Of a stretch of DNA of 64,000 bases, positions 46,701 through 55,931 are shown piece by piece; positions within the stretch are counted from its first letter, which is position 1; each line of letters opens with the position of its first letter. Under the pieces are notes generated by a model. That model made no database searches and was not told the DNA's origin. It saw nothing but the letters and a program-made list of their open reading frames with translations. This DNA comes from an uncultured bacterium. GTDB taxonomy: Bacteria > Babelota > Babeliae > Babelales > Babelaceae. A program made the position numbers and the translations under genes. Location of the stretch: assembly GCA_963722385.1 (NCBI GenBank), contig CAVRKK010000001.1:192001-256000 (forward strand). The letters are read 5' to 3'.

Positions 46701-48647
46701 TGAGCGCATGATATCTTGACGCACATCAGCAGATAAATACTGCTGATAAGAAAAGGCCGCGAGGTAATAATCAGCAAGCAATACCTGGTGCGCATCTCCC
46801 GTACCAGCAGCCACAACAACCGAAGCAGCAAGCACCCGGTACCGATGGGCAAGAAAGCCACCAATAAACGTAGCAAACGAACTCGACGGCAAAAATGTAT
46901 AAAATGGTACAAAAACATGCACTCTTTTTGCACCAGCTATTCGAATCAAACTTTGATACGATGAGTCTGACGTAGCCAATAACGACAGAGCCGAGGCAGC
47001 GAGCTTCTGCACCTGAGCAACCACAAGAGCATTACGCTCCCCGCCCAAAAGCTTCATCGCCTGTGCTAAAAGTGAGCCAGCCGAACCGCAATTATCAAAG
47101 ATAGTTTTGCCTGTCATCAGCGTAAGCTGATTACCGATGTACTGCGTCTGCATACTGGTCAATAATGGCCCATTAGAGTACAGCGTACTTCCCGTCTGGG
47201 AAGCAATTTGGTACTGAACATTGGCCCGATCATACAAAGCCCCTGCCGCCCGGCAGGCATCTGCCAGCGAACCAAAAACATCCTGAAAGGTATCTTTGTT
47301 TTTGAGATCAGTCGTTTGGATAAAAGAGGCAGCTTGAGCAAAACGCTTCTGATAAGCCCCGACGAAATTTTTAAGCTTGGTACCAGCCTGAGCAAAATAT
47401 GAATCAGCCAGAAGTAAAGCACTTGCCTGCTGTATATGCTGAGCCAGCCAGGATGCACCACCTGCTTGTAACGGCGCGATAGCCTGCCCGAGAGCAGCAA
47501 CCTGAGCATCAAGGCCGCCACTGGCCAACGCAGCATCAAGAAGCTTAATCGCCTCGTCCAGACTCCGGTAAAATCCCTGAAAGCGAGCTTGAAGCGCCTC
47601 AAAGTCCCCACCAGTCATTCCCTTATAGGCATCAGCAGCCAGCTTAACATACGTGCACGCTTTTTCCAGAAAAAGCCGGTTATGCGACCGTGATCCTACC
47701 ATATCAGCAAGAGCAATAAGCAAATCTTCGGGCCTCATAGCAGCGAGCTGGTTCTGATAGGCATTATACGCTATCTGCGCCATTGACAGATGAAAGGACT
47801 GCAACGCTTGCTGAGCATTGGCAAAGCCAGAAATTACAAGATCTTCGCGCCAAGCACTCTGCGCCTGCTGAAAATAGAGCTGTGCCTGCGCCACAACCGA
47901 TGCTGACGCGGCGGATTGCGGACGCTCAGCTAGGTCGCTCAGTGCCAAAGTATAGGTTGCCACCAAGAGGCCCTTCGTTGATGAGCCATAGGGCTGATAC
48001 AGCGCATCCCAATTTTTTGCCACGTAAGGTTTTGCCCGTAGCACCGCAGTATCGTAGCGCTTTGCTTGCACCGATAGCTGATTCGCTAGACCCGTATAAT
48101 CTTTGCCAACAGATTTGAAATAAATTATGGTATTTTTTAACGCTTGAAGATTATGCAAAAACAAGGACATCGTACGCTTAATTACCGAAATGACATAATT
48201 GTTGCTTACCGTGCCATCAATGACAAAATGAGGAACTGAGCCATTCATCGTGATAGCAGGATCGGTATAAGCCTTGGCAAAAGCACTAATGGCGCTTTGA
48301 TAAGCACTAATAGCAGCTTGATCAATTGGTCGATACGTGATCTTAACCCCGCCAATTTGCGCAAACCCTTCACCCGTTAAGCGTATGGCTGAGTTATATG
48401 CTTTCTCCGCTTGCTGAAAATAACGACTCCGCCATAAAAAGATAATCGGTGAAACAACAGGCTTCACCTTAGACTTACCGCCAATGGTTGCACCACCAGC
48501 CCCATGTTGAATAGGTGCCTGTCCACCAATACCAGCAGGTTGCCGTGAGGCAATGCTGCCTCCCGGCGCTCCAATACTCGGGCCGATCATGGCGTGCACA
48601 TCGCCATAAATAACCAAACAAATAAGTGAAAAGTAGATATAACGCAT
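43737..48647 (-). CDS. Very large secreted alpha-helical (Ala/Gln/Tyr-rich, TPR-like) hypothetical protein
   Basis: 1636-aa ORF; AGGAG RBS; signal peptide ending VHA-M; recurrent A..Y..A helices. Confidence 0.85.
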   Translation of the reverse strand: MRYIYFSLICLVIYGDVHAMIGPSIGAPGGSIASRQPAGIGGQAPIQHGAGGATIGGKSKVKPVVSPIIFLWRSRYFQQAEKAYNSAIRLTGEGFAQIGGVKITYRPIDQAAISAYQSAISAFAKAYTDPAITMNGSVPHFVIDGTVSNNYVISVIKRTMSLFLHNLQALKNTIIYFKSVGKDYTGLANQLSVQAKRYDTAVLRAKPYVAKNWDALYQPYGSSTKGLLVATYTLALSDLAERPQSAASASVVAQAQLYFQQAQSAWREDLVISGFANAQQALQSFHLSMAQIAYNAYQNQLAAMRPEDLLIALADMVGSRSHNRLFLEKACTYVKLAADAYKGMTGGDFEALQARFQGFYRSLDEAIKLLDAALASGGLDAQVAALGQAIAPLQAGGASWLAQHIQQASALLLADSYFAQAGTKLKNFVGAYQKRFAQAASFIQTTDLKNKDTFQDVFGSLADACRAAGALYDRANVQYQIASQTGSTLYSNGPLLTSMQTQYIGNQLTLMTGKTIFDNCGSAGSLLAQAMKLLGGERNALVVAQVQKLAASALSLLATSDSSYQSLIRIAGAKRVHVFVPFYTFLPSSSFATFIGGFLAHRYRVLAASVVVAAGTGDAHQVLLADYYLAAFSYQQYLSADVRQDIMRSLRRVTAIVQSARQALAAAQSADEQAKSNKSDVNASLVALWESALSATLAVYTIWHAGGQSVLFKDGPTLYRDCLLGYVQSYAMGPEADAWLRVVAQYRLYLLDAVGGVSVPHVSELLLKMQHWLEKFVEQARILAGQAAALHLDPKQGYAEVLQAVRSLQLWQERADSLVARVSLALSDQKDALMQAVPDLKALFVKAQGSGNVIYSSPLFSNIRALPLGSLMLQLAQLSQKQGDWAVERATALVGAAQVPLQAAECTLSTGYRGIAAGAYAQAGTAYNNIGNVQLGHEMALLSQIEGALALADMVADAAKVGLPNTTRFSSFLGGLPVYGQYFLSPWLVQLPQKPALTPAALFSDYAAYSKNKNDASLRVSLEEDLRIVAAAAYLYQHLMAAGLVGSFTHDYVASVVGSEAVADPAFVPYVQAAQSYRTHLADLMAHGTKLDGLAIKTTLTFLAPAGRLPALVYCNIPVFPVPMGQKSEQVDPTAVLAYAFALNQYQSFKTASSSQQKYAQERVNALQRNIQQAYLSQVYAFFEKIAYMRGGVVSKDLLKLITVDEQERAQLVAQRAFFQHVPDIDNLDHAQAKQLVSAVSWVQDYFALAATYVATAASPSALTGLGLPEAQGLLGFCYEQHADFVASFLMGDPRAVQYQNYLTLASKLYVFAEGAYQQAHVSGLAVRTKRGQMFENVARAYYSKQHYIASLSYFNTAQGLYQSLGSDYQQVDAEQAALYEQKATRMGLEGLEALFYGAIEYFVGWYKSRWSTPLILSSGGSVSSFDQLMADCSIVFGFREDEKDECKKLRESILDALVYLTSVDTTIAEQAQRGGVVLVNPSASAMGALSTGAQNAQAKVQQDSVVQAYLAKRLPIDPATKKAQDLATVFITGSLSAEKVRSILRDFLFGGAITPEQVGHLAGAKAALAGALSTTKEWADYIFQAISACFIHTYLASVCAEGVTSQCIVDQYSSLIDAMKTEEQNIIAPAQEWVG

Positions 48648-48717
48648 AAGCTAGCTCCTACGACGCACGTAACAAGCTCTAGCCTAGCATGATCAGATAA
48701 CTTCTAAGAATAGTTTT

Positions 48718-48752
48718 AAAAAAAGCGGCGATCTCTTTGATAGAGATCGCCG
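48718..48752 (-). terminator. Intrinsic terminator
   Basis: 11-bp perfect stem CGGCGATCTCT/AGAGATCGCCG followed by a T7 run on the minus strand. Confidence 0.85.
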
Positions 48753-48769
48753 TGCTTCTGAGAAAATAC

Positions 48770-49942
48770 TTACAGAATTCTAAAATTTGAGACTAATTTT
48801 ATAGCGTTTTCGAGGACTAGCCTTGCAGCACCATCAGAATGGCGTCGTAGCATAGCGTCATGCAAAAGCTGCCTAATTTTGAGACGCCCCTCACCAGCAG
48901 TGTAGCCTATCTGCTCACGCGTCTGTTGCCATGGAACATGCGGAAGCGAACTAAATACGGTCATCAGATCAAGATTAAGCGAATTGCGGTGATCATAGTC
49001 AATCAAGTACTCTGCTATTTCAACATTACCTCCAGCAGCGGCCTCATGCAAAGCCTTTTCCAAGGCCGATTTAACGCCTTTTCTCGAAGCATCCAACTTT
49101 TCAAGCAGAACTTTGAAATAATCTATCTTGCCCAACTGAGCAGAAAGAATAACGAGCTGTTGTAAAAATCCTTGAGTACATTCCATCATACCCATAAGTT
49201 CAGCAAGCAAATCGGCTTGAACAACTTCATTATCATTAAGAAGCTCTAAAACACCACCTGCTAGCTGTTCTTCGCTCGTCGGTTCTTTATCTTCAGCAAG
49301 AAGTCTTTTAGCAATACGTATGGTATTGGGGCTATTTGACAATAATAGCTCTAAGTGCAACCCGGCATCGGACACCGTCAAAACTTCAGGATGAGCTAAT
49401 TCTCTTATGACCTGGTCAAGCACCTGATAAAATTGAGGCTCACTTGGATCTAATGCAATCAACGTGAAGAAAGCGCTTGCGTCTGCAATACTTAACATAT
49501 TGCGCTCAGAAAGACGTATGCCCGGTCCTCTATGAACCAATCTCTTAAACATCTCTTTATGGCCCCAACGAGCAACCAGAATAACTAATCTCTGCCAAAA
49601 TCCCTCCGACAACTTCACTTTGCTCAACATCGTCTCGAGCAAATCAACCTGACCATTCTCAACAGCGCCAATAATCGCGAGGGATAGCTCCCGTTTACGC
49701 GAATACCCTGTGTCTGCTTCTTCGGCAGCCCGCATTAACGCCCGTTCCAAGCGAGGATCCCGGAGTGTTAGTTCAAAGGCACCGCCCGCATCGGCTATCG
49801 TAAGCACGTCCTCACTTCGAGTTTCAACGCTACGAGTTTCAACGCCTTGGCTTCTCTCTTCCTGAGGCGCCTCCATAGCCATCATGCCAGCGCCACCAAG
49901 CGCTATCAAGGAAAGGCTAACTGCTTGCAATAATTTTGACAT
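48770..49942 (-). CDS. Secreted protein with degenerate ankyrin-like repeats
   Basis: Signal peptide ending MMA-ME; ALHEAAAGGNVEIAEYLI; internal duplication QxDLL...GFxQxLVILxAxxG...FKxL. Confidence 0.8.
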   Translation of the reverse strand: MSKLLQAVSLSLIALGGAGMMAMEAPQEERSQGVETRSVETRSEDVLTIADAGGAFELTLRDPRLERALMRAAEEADTGYSRKRELSLAIIGAVENGQVDLLETMLSKVKLSEGFWQRLVILVARWGHKEMFKRLVHRGPGIRLSERNMLSIADASAFFTLIALDPSEPQFYQVLDQVIRELAHPEVLTVSDAGLHLELLLSNSPNTIRIAKRLLAEDKEPTSEEQLAGGVLELLNDNEVVQADLLAELMGMMECTQGFLQQLVILSAQLGKIDYFKVLLEKLDASRKGVKSALEKALHEAAAGGNVEIAEYLIDYDHRNSLNLDLMTVFSSLPHVPWQQTREQIGYTAGEGRLKIRQLLHDAMLRRHSDGAARLVLENAIKLVSNFRIL

Positions 49943-50054
49943 ACACGATCCCTTCTTAAAGTAAACTTTATTAATTTAGTCTAAAATCCAGTCTAACAAA
50001 TATTACAAATAGCGCAATAATAATTTATTGCCGTAAATACTATTTTCAAGAATC

Positions 50055-50672
50055 TCAGACTACAACAATTTCCGCAAACTCCTTTTTATGAAGCTTACCT
50101 GTGCTAACCTCTTTATAAACAATCTTCTCTTTGGGGCTTTCCGCCAATTTTTCTAAGAGCTCACGTTGCCTTCGCTCTTCATCCAAGCGGTCAGCCTCAA
50201 TTCTCCTCATCTCAAGAAAGCGCGACTCTTCACGATAGTCAGCATCAGTTTTTATTATTTTCAGCACCGACATAAGCCCGTCGCGCATCGATTCGAGTCG
50301 GCGATACAGTGGTATATTAACCAACAAACGCCCTCCCAAACCTCCTAGATGCCCATTAACAGAATCAATGTCATCCTCAATAAATCGCGCCACCGCATGA
50401 AGCGGTGTAGCTTCGCGTGAAAAACTGTTTGATCGAAACATCCAATCAAACCAACCCTTCTTTTCAGCATAACTTGTCGTTCCTAAGTCTCGCGCCAGCG
50501 CTATGATCTTTTCATCGTCAGGCGTATCAAGAAGCTCCTCGTAACGAAGGGAGACTTGCTGGTAACAATGCTGTGCATTTTCTAAAATTTGATCATCAGA
50601 TTGGTAAAGGCAACCGGGCAGAGCAAGTATGCCAAGACATAGTAAAGCCAAACGAAATAAATAACAAATCAC
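50055..50672 (-). CDS. Putative lipoprotein, hypothetical
   Basis: Start moved to GTG 50672 (GGAG RBS); lipobox-like LALPGC; C-terminal coiled coil. Confidence 0.7.
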   Translation of the reverse strand: MICYLFRLALLCLGILALPGCLYQSDDQILENAQHCYQQVSLRYEELLDTPDDEKIIALARDLGTTSYAEKKGWFDWMFRSNSFSREATPLHAVARFIEDDIDSVNGHLGGLGGRLLVNIPLYRRLESMRDGLMSVLKIIKTDADYREESRFLEMRRIEADRLDEERRQRELLEKLAESPKEKIVYKEVSTGKLHKKEFAEIVVV

Positions 50673-50766
50673 AAAAACTCCATCATGCACAATTAAAATA
50701 AAAAACAATCTAATTATAAAGAAACGGAAAATATTTGCAAGAACATGGTAAACCGATATCACCGAT

Positions 50767-51798
50767 TTAAGATAAACCGCTTTCTGAAACAATGATCTGC
50801 ATAACGAACAAAAATAAAACAGCAAAGAGAACCGCCGAGTTTATATTTTTTTCTATCTCAGACTTGATACGCTCCGCATAATGCCTAGCGAGTTGCCTCG
50901 TATCAGCGGTCAGATTGCTGATTGTTTTTTTGCATAGGGTAAGTAAAAGAGAATAAGAACCATAATGCCAAGCAATGCTATATGCCTTCTCAAAAGCCAC
51001 AAGGTGACTTAGATTATCACCAGGAACGTGCTCATGGAGTGAAATAAATGCTTCAGTATTGCTGCGTAACGCACTTACCCATAAAGCGCTCGATATTGTT
51101 ATGGGCGACAAATACTTGCCAGCTTGCTCAAAAATGAGCTCGATTATTGAGACACGATTATAAGCAGCTGCTATAACCAAAAAGTCATCAAGCGTAATTG
51201 CCGGCCGAGGAAACTCGTGCTCTTTCACGCGCTCTTCGGCATGGAGCAAACCATGCAAAAAATTATACATCAACTCATCATAATCCGTTCCCTCAATAAT
51301 CGCATAGATAAGCGAATTTTCACCAAAAATAGCCTTAATTTTTCTTCTTAGCGTCACATCAAGAGGAACACCAACCCTGAGCAATGCGCGAACTGCCAGG
51401 CCATTTGAGTCATCAAGTGCTCTGGCCATAAGCAAAGGGCCCCAAAACACGATATCAATTTCTTTTTGATATACCAACCATTCGAAAGATTTATGGTCCC
51501 ACCATCTAGAATCTTTAAAATAGACGCCCAGAAACTGCGCCGATAAACGCACATCCCTATCGTACAGCACTTCAAGCGCATCTCTATTATCTACCAGACA
51601 TGCAATATCAAGAAGCGTCAAGCCCGTATGATTTCTAAACTTATAACGCCGATCCAAATCGATAGAACTCTTCTTTAACTGCTCAGTAGCTGCTGGCAAA
51701 CGAGAAGTAATAAGTTCCAACAACATGCCGCCAGGATTCTTCATAGCCAAAGCATGTTCGCAAATTAATAGCAGCAATACAAATAAAGCAATACGCAT
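50767..51798 (-). CDS. Secreted protein with degenerate ankyrin-like repeats
   Basis: Signal peptide ending ALA-MK; GLTLLDIACLVDN, AVRALLRVGV, IAAAYNRVSIIELI. Confidence 0.7.
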   Translation of the reverse strand: MRIALFVLLLLICEHALAMKNPGGMLLELITSRLPAATEQLKKSSIDLDRRYKFRNHTGLTLLDIACLVDNRDALEVLYDRDVRLSAQFLGVYFKDSRWWDHKSFEWLVYQKEIDIVFWGPLLMARALDDSNGLAVRALLRVGVPLDVTLRRKIKAIFGENSLIYAIIEGTDYDELMYNFLHGLLHAEERVKEHEFPRPAITLDDFLVIAAAYNRVSIIELIFEQAGKYLSPITISSALWVSALRSNTEAFISLHEHVPGDNLSHLVAFEKAYSIAWHYGSYSLLLTLCKKTISNLTADTRQLARHYAERIKSEIEKNINSAVLFAVLFLFVMQIIVSESGLS

Positions 51799-51880
51799 AA
51801 AAAACCTGCTCCAAATATATAATATTAGATTATCAGATTATCCGCAACGTCTTCAAAAAGCAATCAAACAGCCTAAAGCA

Positions 51881-53521
51881 CTACATGCTCTTTGGCATGC
51901 TAATTTTCAAAAGCTTAAAGCAGAGCTCAAGAGTCAAGCGAAGCTGGGCGATCAACAAAAGACGCGCCCTGCTTTTAACGGGATTTGCCGCATCTATAAC
52001 ACGACATTGGCCGTAATATTGATGGAAAAAATGAGCAAGTTCAAGAATATAATAAGTCACTAAATGAATCTGATAATTGGTGCTAATATTGGCGAGCAGC
52101 TCCTTAAGCGAAACAATTTTCTTAAGAAGCAACTTTTCCTCAGAACCAAGGCCCACTATATCCGCATTAGTCAGCCCTTCAAGCTCAGGCAGTTGGGCAG
52201 CCTTTTCGAGAATACTACCCATACGCACGTAGGCATATTGCGCATAATAAACTGGATTTTCATCCGTATGCTTAAGCGCAAGATCAATATCAAACTCTAA
52301 ATGGGCATCTGCCTTGCGATGCAAATAAAAAAATCGCGCAACATCGGTGCCAACAGCCTCAATAACATCCTCAAGCGACACGATACGTCCTGACCTTTTT
52401 GACATCCTGATCTGCTGGCCCGTTTCCTTAAGAGTAACGAGCTGGTACAAAATAACATCCAAGCAAGCTGGTTCATAACCAAGCGCCTCCAATATAGCCT
52501 TAAGGCGAATAACGTAACTGTGATGATCCTGACCAAGCACCATAATAAGCCGATTGGACCCTCGCGTAAGCTTGTTATGAAGATATGCAACATCTGATGC
52601 AGCATACGTAAATTCGCCATCGCTCTTGCGCAACACCCTGTCTTTATCATCCCCAAATTTTGTTGAGGCGAACCATACGGCACCATCAGCTTCGTAGAGA
52701 TACCCGCGCTGGGCCAATAACTCAACCGCAGCCTCAACGGAGAGGCTTTTTTCAGAGAACCATACGTCAAATTCAATACCATATTTTTTCAGTGTCTCTT
52801 TTATATTCTCTAAAAGAGCATTTTTTGCATACTCTTCAAAAAACGTATCGGGCTTATTAAGCGCCCCCACGCCTTCACGCTTGATAAGTAAGGCTGCTAA
52901 GTCATGAAGATACTGCCCCTGATATCCATCCACCGGCAAAGCTGCTTCTTGGCCAGCAACTTGTTGACAACGAGCCTTAAAAGAGGCCCCCAGCTTCTTA
53001 ATTTGCACACCTGCATCATTTATATAGTATTCTTTGGTTACGTTATTGCCCAAAAAGCGCAAGATGTTACCGAGAACGTCACCAATAATTCCGCCCCGGC
53101 CGTGACCCAAATGCAGCGGCCCGGTTGGGTTAGCGCTTACAAATTCGATCGAATATGCAAACCGCGACTGGCACGGGTCAGGCTTAAAGAACTGATCCCC
53201 CAACTCCATCAACTCTTCTAAAATGCTTCTAAAAGCATCAAGAGCAAGAACTATGTTGATAAAGCCAGGACCGGCTACAGAACAACGCTCTATAAGAGGA
53301 TCCTCAATACGAGCAACAAGCTCTTCAGCAAGAACTCGCGGCTGCTTCCCCAGAACCTTGGCCAAAACAAGAGCAGCATTCGTGCTCATATCGCCAAAGC
53401 CACCCTTGGCAGGATCCGCCATTAATGATAAAGTAACCTGAGCTAGAATATCAGGTGTAAGCCCGTAAGCCTGCTGAATTGTGGTAAGAAGGCGCTGCTG
53501 AATAAGCTCAATTGTGTTCAT
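51881..53521 (-). CDS. argS: Arginine--tRNA ligase
   Basis: AGPGFIN, EFVSANPTGPLHLGHGR, GDDKDRVL, MSKR, NPVYYAQYA. Confidence 0.98.
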   Translation of the reverse strand: MNTIELIQQRLLTTIQQAYGLTPDILAQVTLSLMADPAKGGFGDMSTNAALVLAKVLGKQPRVLAEELVARIEDPLIERCSVAGPGFINIVLALDAFRSILEELMELGDQFFKPDPCQSRFAYSIEFVSANPTGPLHLGHGRGGIIGDVLGNILRFLGNNVTKEYYINDAGVQIKKLGASFKARCQQVAGQEAALPVDGYQGQYLHDLAALLIKREGVGALNKPDTFFEEYAKNALLENIKETLKKYGIEFDVWFSEKSLSVEAAVELLAQRGYLYEADGAVWFASTKFGDDKDRVLRKSDGEFTYAASDVAYLHNKLTRGSNRLIMVLGQDHHSYVIRLKAILEALGYEPACLDVILYQLVTLKETGQQIRMSKRSGRIVSLEDVIEAVGTDVARFFYLHRKADAHLEFDIDLALKHTDENPVYYAQYAYVRMGSILEKAAQLPELEGLTNADIVGLGSEEKLLLKKIVSLKELLANISTNYQIHLVTYYILELAHFFHQYYGQCRVIDAANPVKSRARLLLIAQLRLTLELCFKLLKISMPKSM

Positions 53522-53753
53522 AGGTGAAAAATCTCAGATGATGATAAACACACCAAGTATACCAAAGAGTATAAAGAAGAAAAAGATCCCCGCCGCGCGC
53601 ATATCGGTTTTTACTACATGTAGGGAGTACTGTGTAAAATTTATACCGCGGCGAGGAAACCTACAATATCGCCTAGTATAGCAAAATAATCCTTATTGTA
53701 CTATAATTTATTTGATATATATAAACAAACTATAAAATAATTAAGGAATAATC

Positions 53754-54851
53754 ATGCGAATTGCCGCTCTTGTATCTGGCGGCGTCGACAGCTCGGTAGC
53801 CTTGCGCCTTCTGCAACAACAAGGGCATGACGTCACTGCCTTCTATTTAAAAATTTGGCTTGAAGACGAGCTATCATATCTTGGTTCGTGCCCGTGGCAA
53901 GAAGACTTAGATTACGTTCATGCTGTTTGCAAGCAGGCAGGGGTTCCTCTTGAAGTAGTATCTTTTCAACGGGAATACTGGGATGCCGTCGTCTCCTATA
54001 TGATCTCAGAAATAAAAAGCGGTAGAACTCCGAACCCCGACATAATGTGTAACCAGCGTGTCAAGTTCGGTGCTTTTAGCCAAGTCCTTGGTGCTGAATT
54101 TGATAAAATTGCAACAGGCCATTATGCTGCGGTCAAGCAGCACCATAACGATTACCATATGTACTGCTCGCCTGACCCGGTAAAAGATCAAACGTACTTT
54201 TTGTCATATATGAATCAGGCTCAACTTGCACGAGCATTATTTCCGCTGGGCAACCTGAGCAAAAATGACGTTCGCATATTGGCGAATGATATGAACTTAC
54301 CCACAAAGGCAAGAAAAGACAGCCAAGGGATCTGCTTTTTGGGCAAGATTAAATTTAGCGAATTTATACGATTCCATATGGGCGATCAACCAGGGCTATT
54401 ACAAGAATATGAAACACGAAAAACACTGGGCCAGCACCAAGGCTTTTGGTATTATACCATTGGACAACGTCAAAGAATCGGCCTAAGTGGCGGCCCGTGG
54501 TATGTTGTCGCCAAGGATCCAGCAGCAAATATCGTTTACGTGTCTCGCTCGTATTACGACGTGGATAAAAAACGGAGAGAACTGATCGTTCAAGCGGTTA
54601 ACTGGATACCAGAACCGCCCAAACTGCCAGCCCGCTTGTACGTAAAGTTGCGCCATGGCCCCCATCGTCATCAAGCAACCGTGCTTTCCCATGATCAAAG
54701 CGAATACAGTATTATACTCGATGAACACGACCAAGGCATTGCCCCAGGCCAATTTGCTGTCTTCTATGACAATGACCGCTGCTTGGGCGGCGGCGTCATT
54801 GCTGAACTATGCCCAAAAAGAGAGCTGGGCAACGCAATCATTCTTTGCTAG
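53754..54851 (+). CDS. mnmA: tRNA-specific 2-thiouridylase MnmA
   Basis: SGGVDSS, GRTPNPDIMCN, ATGHYA, KDQTYFL, DSQGICF, YTIGQR, PGQFAVFY. Confidence 0.98.
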   Translation: MRIAALVSGGVDSSVALRLLQQQGHDVTAFYLKIWLEDELSYLGSCPWQEDLDYVHAVCKQAGVPLEVVSFQREYWDAVVSYMISEIKSGRTPNPDIMCNQRVKFGAFSQVLGAEFDKIATGHYAAVKQHHNDYHMYCSPDPVKDQTYFLSYMNQAQLARALFPLGNLSKNDVRILANDMNLPTKARKDSQGICFLGKIKFSEFIRFHMGDQPGLLQEYETRKTLGQHQGFWYYTIGQRQRIGLSGGPWYVVAKDPAANIVYVSRSYYDVDKKRRELIVQAVNWIPEPPKLPARLYVKLRHGPHRHQATVLSHDQSEYSIILDEHDQGIAPGQFAVFYDNDRCLGGGVIAELCPKRELGNAIILC

Positions 54852-54861
54852 TATAAACAAT

Positions 54862-55503
54862 ATGGCATTCACAACAAGGGTGGGTATGATACGGGATAGA
54901 GTAAAACGGGAACTGGCCAACAGGTTAACACTGGCGATATTATTAACGCTTTCACGCATCTGCTTAATCCCATTTGTTATACTTTCTATTATGCTGCACG
55001 CATGGAACGCCGCTTTATGCCTATTTGTCATCGCTGCCATTACTGATATTTTAGATGGGGCATGTGCGCGCCTTTTTGATGAACAAACGATTACCGGTGC
55101 ACTTCTTGACCCTATAGCAGATAAATTACTTATCCTTTCGTGTTACGGGGCACTCGCATGCAGCAATTTACCCGCTTATATAGCACCATCATGGCTCGTA
55201 TTTGTTATTTTTTTAAAAGAAATTGCACTTATGGTGGGTGCGATCTGGCTTGCTAAAACGCAATCATCTTATGCCGTGCGCCCGAGTTTGCTTGGCAAAG
55301 CAGCTATGCTCGCACAAACAATAAGCGTTTTTTGGCTCTTGTTAATACTATTTACCGGAAATATTTCACCAACCACGTTACTTTTTTTGCATCAATGCGT
55401 TTTATTTCTTATACTTGCATCTTTTGTACATTATGTTTATAAAGCCCTTAAAGGAACTCGCCTATGGTACTCTCTCAAAAAGTCGCTCTATTCTTACTTC
55501 TAA
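54862..55503 (+). CDS. CDP-alcohol phosphatidyltransferase (PgsA-like)
   Basis: TDILDGACAR...GALLDPIADK signature; start moved downstream of the mnmA stop (uncertain, 54862 or 54886). Confidence 0.88.
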   Translation: MAFTTRVGMIRDRVKRELANRLTLAILLTLSRICLIPFVILSIMLHAWNAALCLFVIAAITDILDGACARLFDEQTITGALLDPIADKLLILSCYGALACSNLPAYIAPSWLVFVIFLKEIALMVGAIWLAKTQSSYAVRPSLLGKAAMLAQTISVFWLLLILFTGNISPTTLLFLHQCVLFLILASFVHYVYKALKGTRLWYSLKKSLYSYF

Positions 55504-55886
55504 TAGGCAGCGTATACCACTGCTCATCTGAGCCAGCACCATCTGAGACAAGCTTTTTGATCGAAAAGCCTACCTCGAAAAATATGCGCCTTTCGCCCTC
55601 ACAAGCAAGACGTGAAGCGATCGGACTTTGCGAATCCCTTGGCCATACGCTGACCAAAGAAATAAAAGCGTTAACCGAACTTTTAGACGATGTCATGCTT
55701 GCGGTCCGCGACCTTGTTGAAGGAAATGCAGAAACAGCAAGCATGAAACTCCTGCGCAAGGACAAGCAGGGTGTGCTCAATACGCTGCAAATACAACATA
55801 AATCTGCAAAAAAGCGCATCGATGAAATCCAGGAGTGCAGACACTGGCTAACGCAGATACCAAATCAGGAAAAATCAAAGCCGTAA
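55464..55886 (+). CDS. Hypothetical exported helical protein
   Basis: AAGGA RBS; hydrophobic N-terminus; in the run of genes between pgsA-like and ssb. Confidence 0.65.
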   Translation: MVLSQKVALFLLLIGSVYHCSSEPAPSETSFLIEKPTSKNMRLSPSQARREAIGLCESLGHTLTKEIKALTELLDDVMLAVRDLVEGNAETASMKLLRKDKQGVLNTLQIQHKSAKKRIDEIQECRHWLTQIPNQEKSKP

Positions 55887-55931
55887 TAATTTTCAATCTT
55901 TTACTTATAGCTTTTTAAGAAAGGGGCACCT

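Noticed and set aside
53521..53754. T-box leader for argS (and for serS at 57265-57456)
   Set aside because: No TGGNACCGCG T-box motif or specifier stem seen
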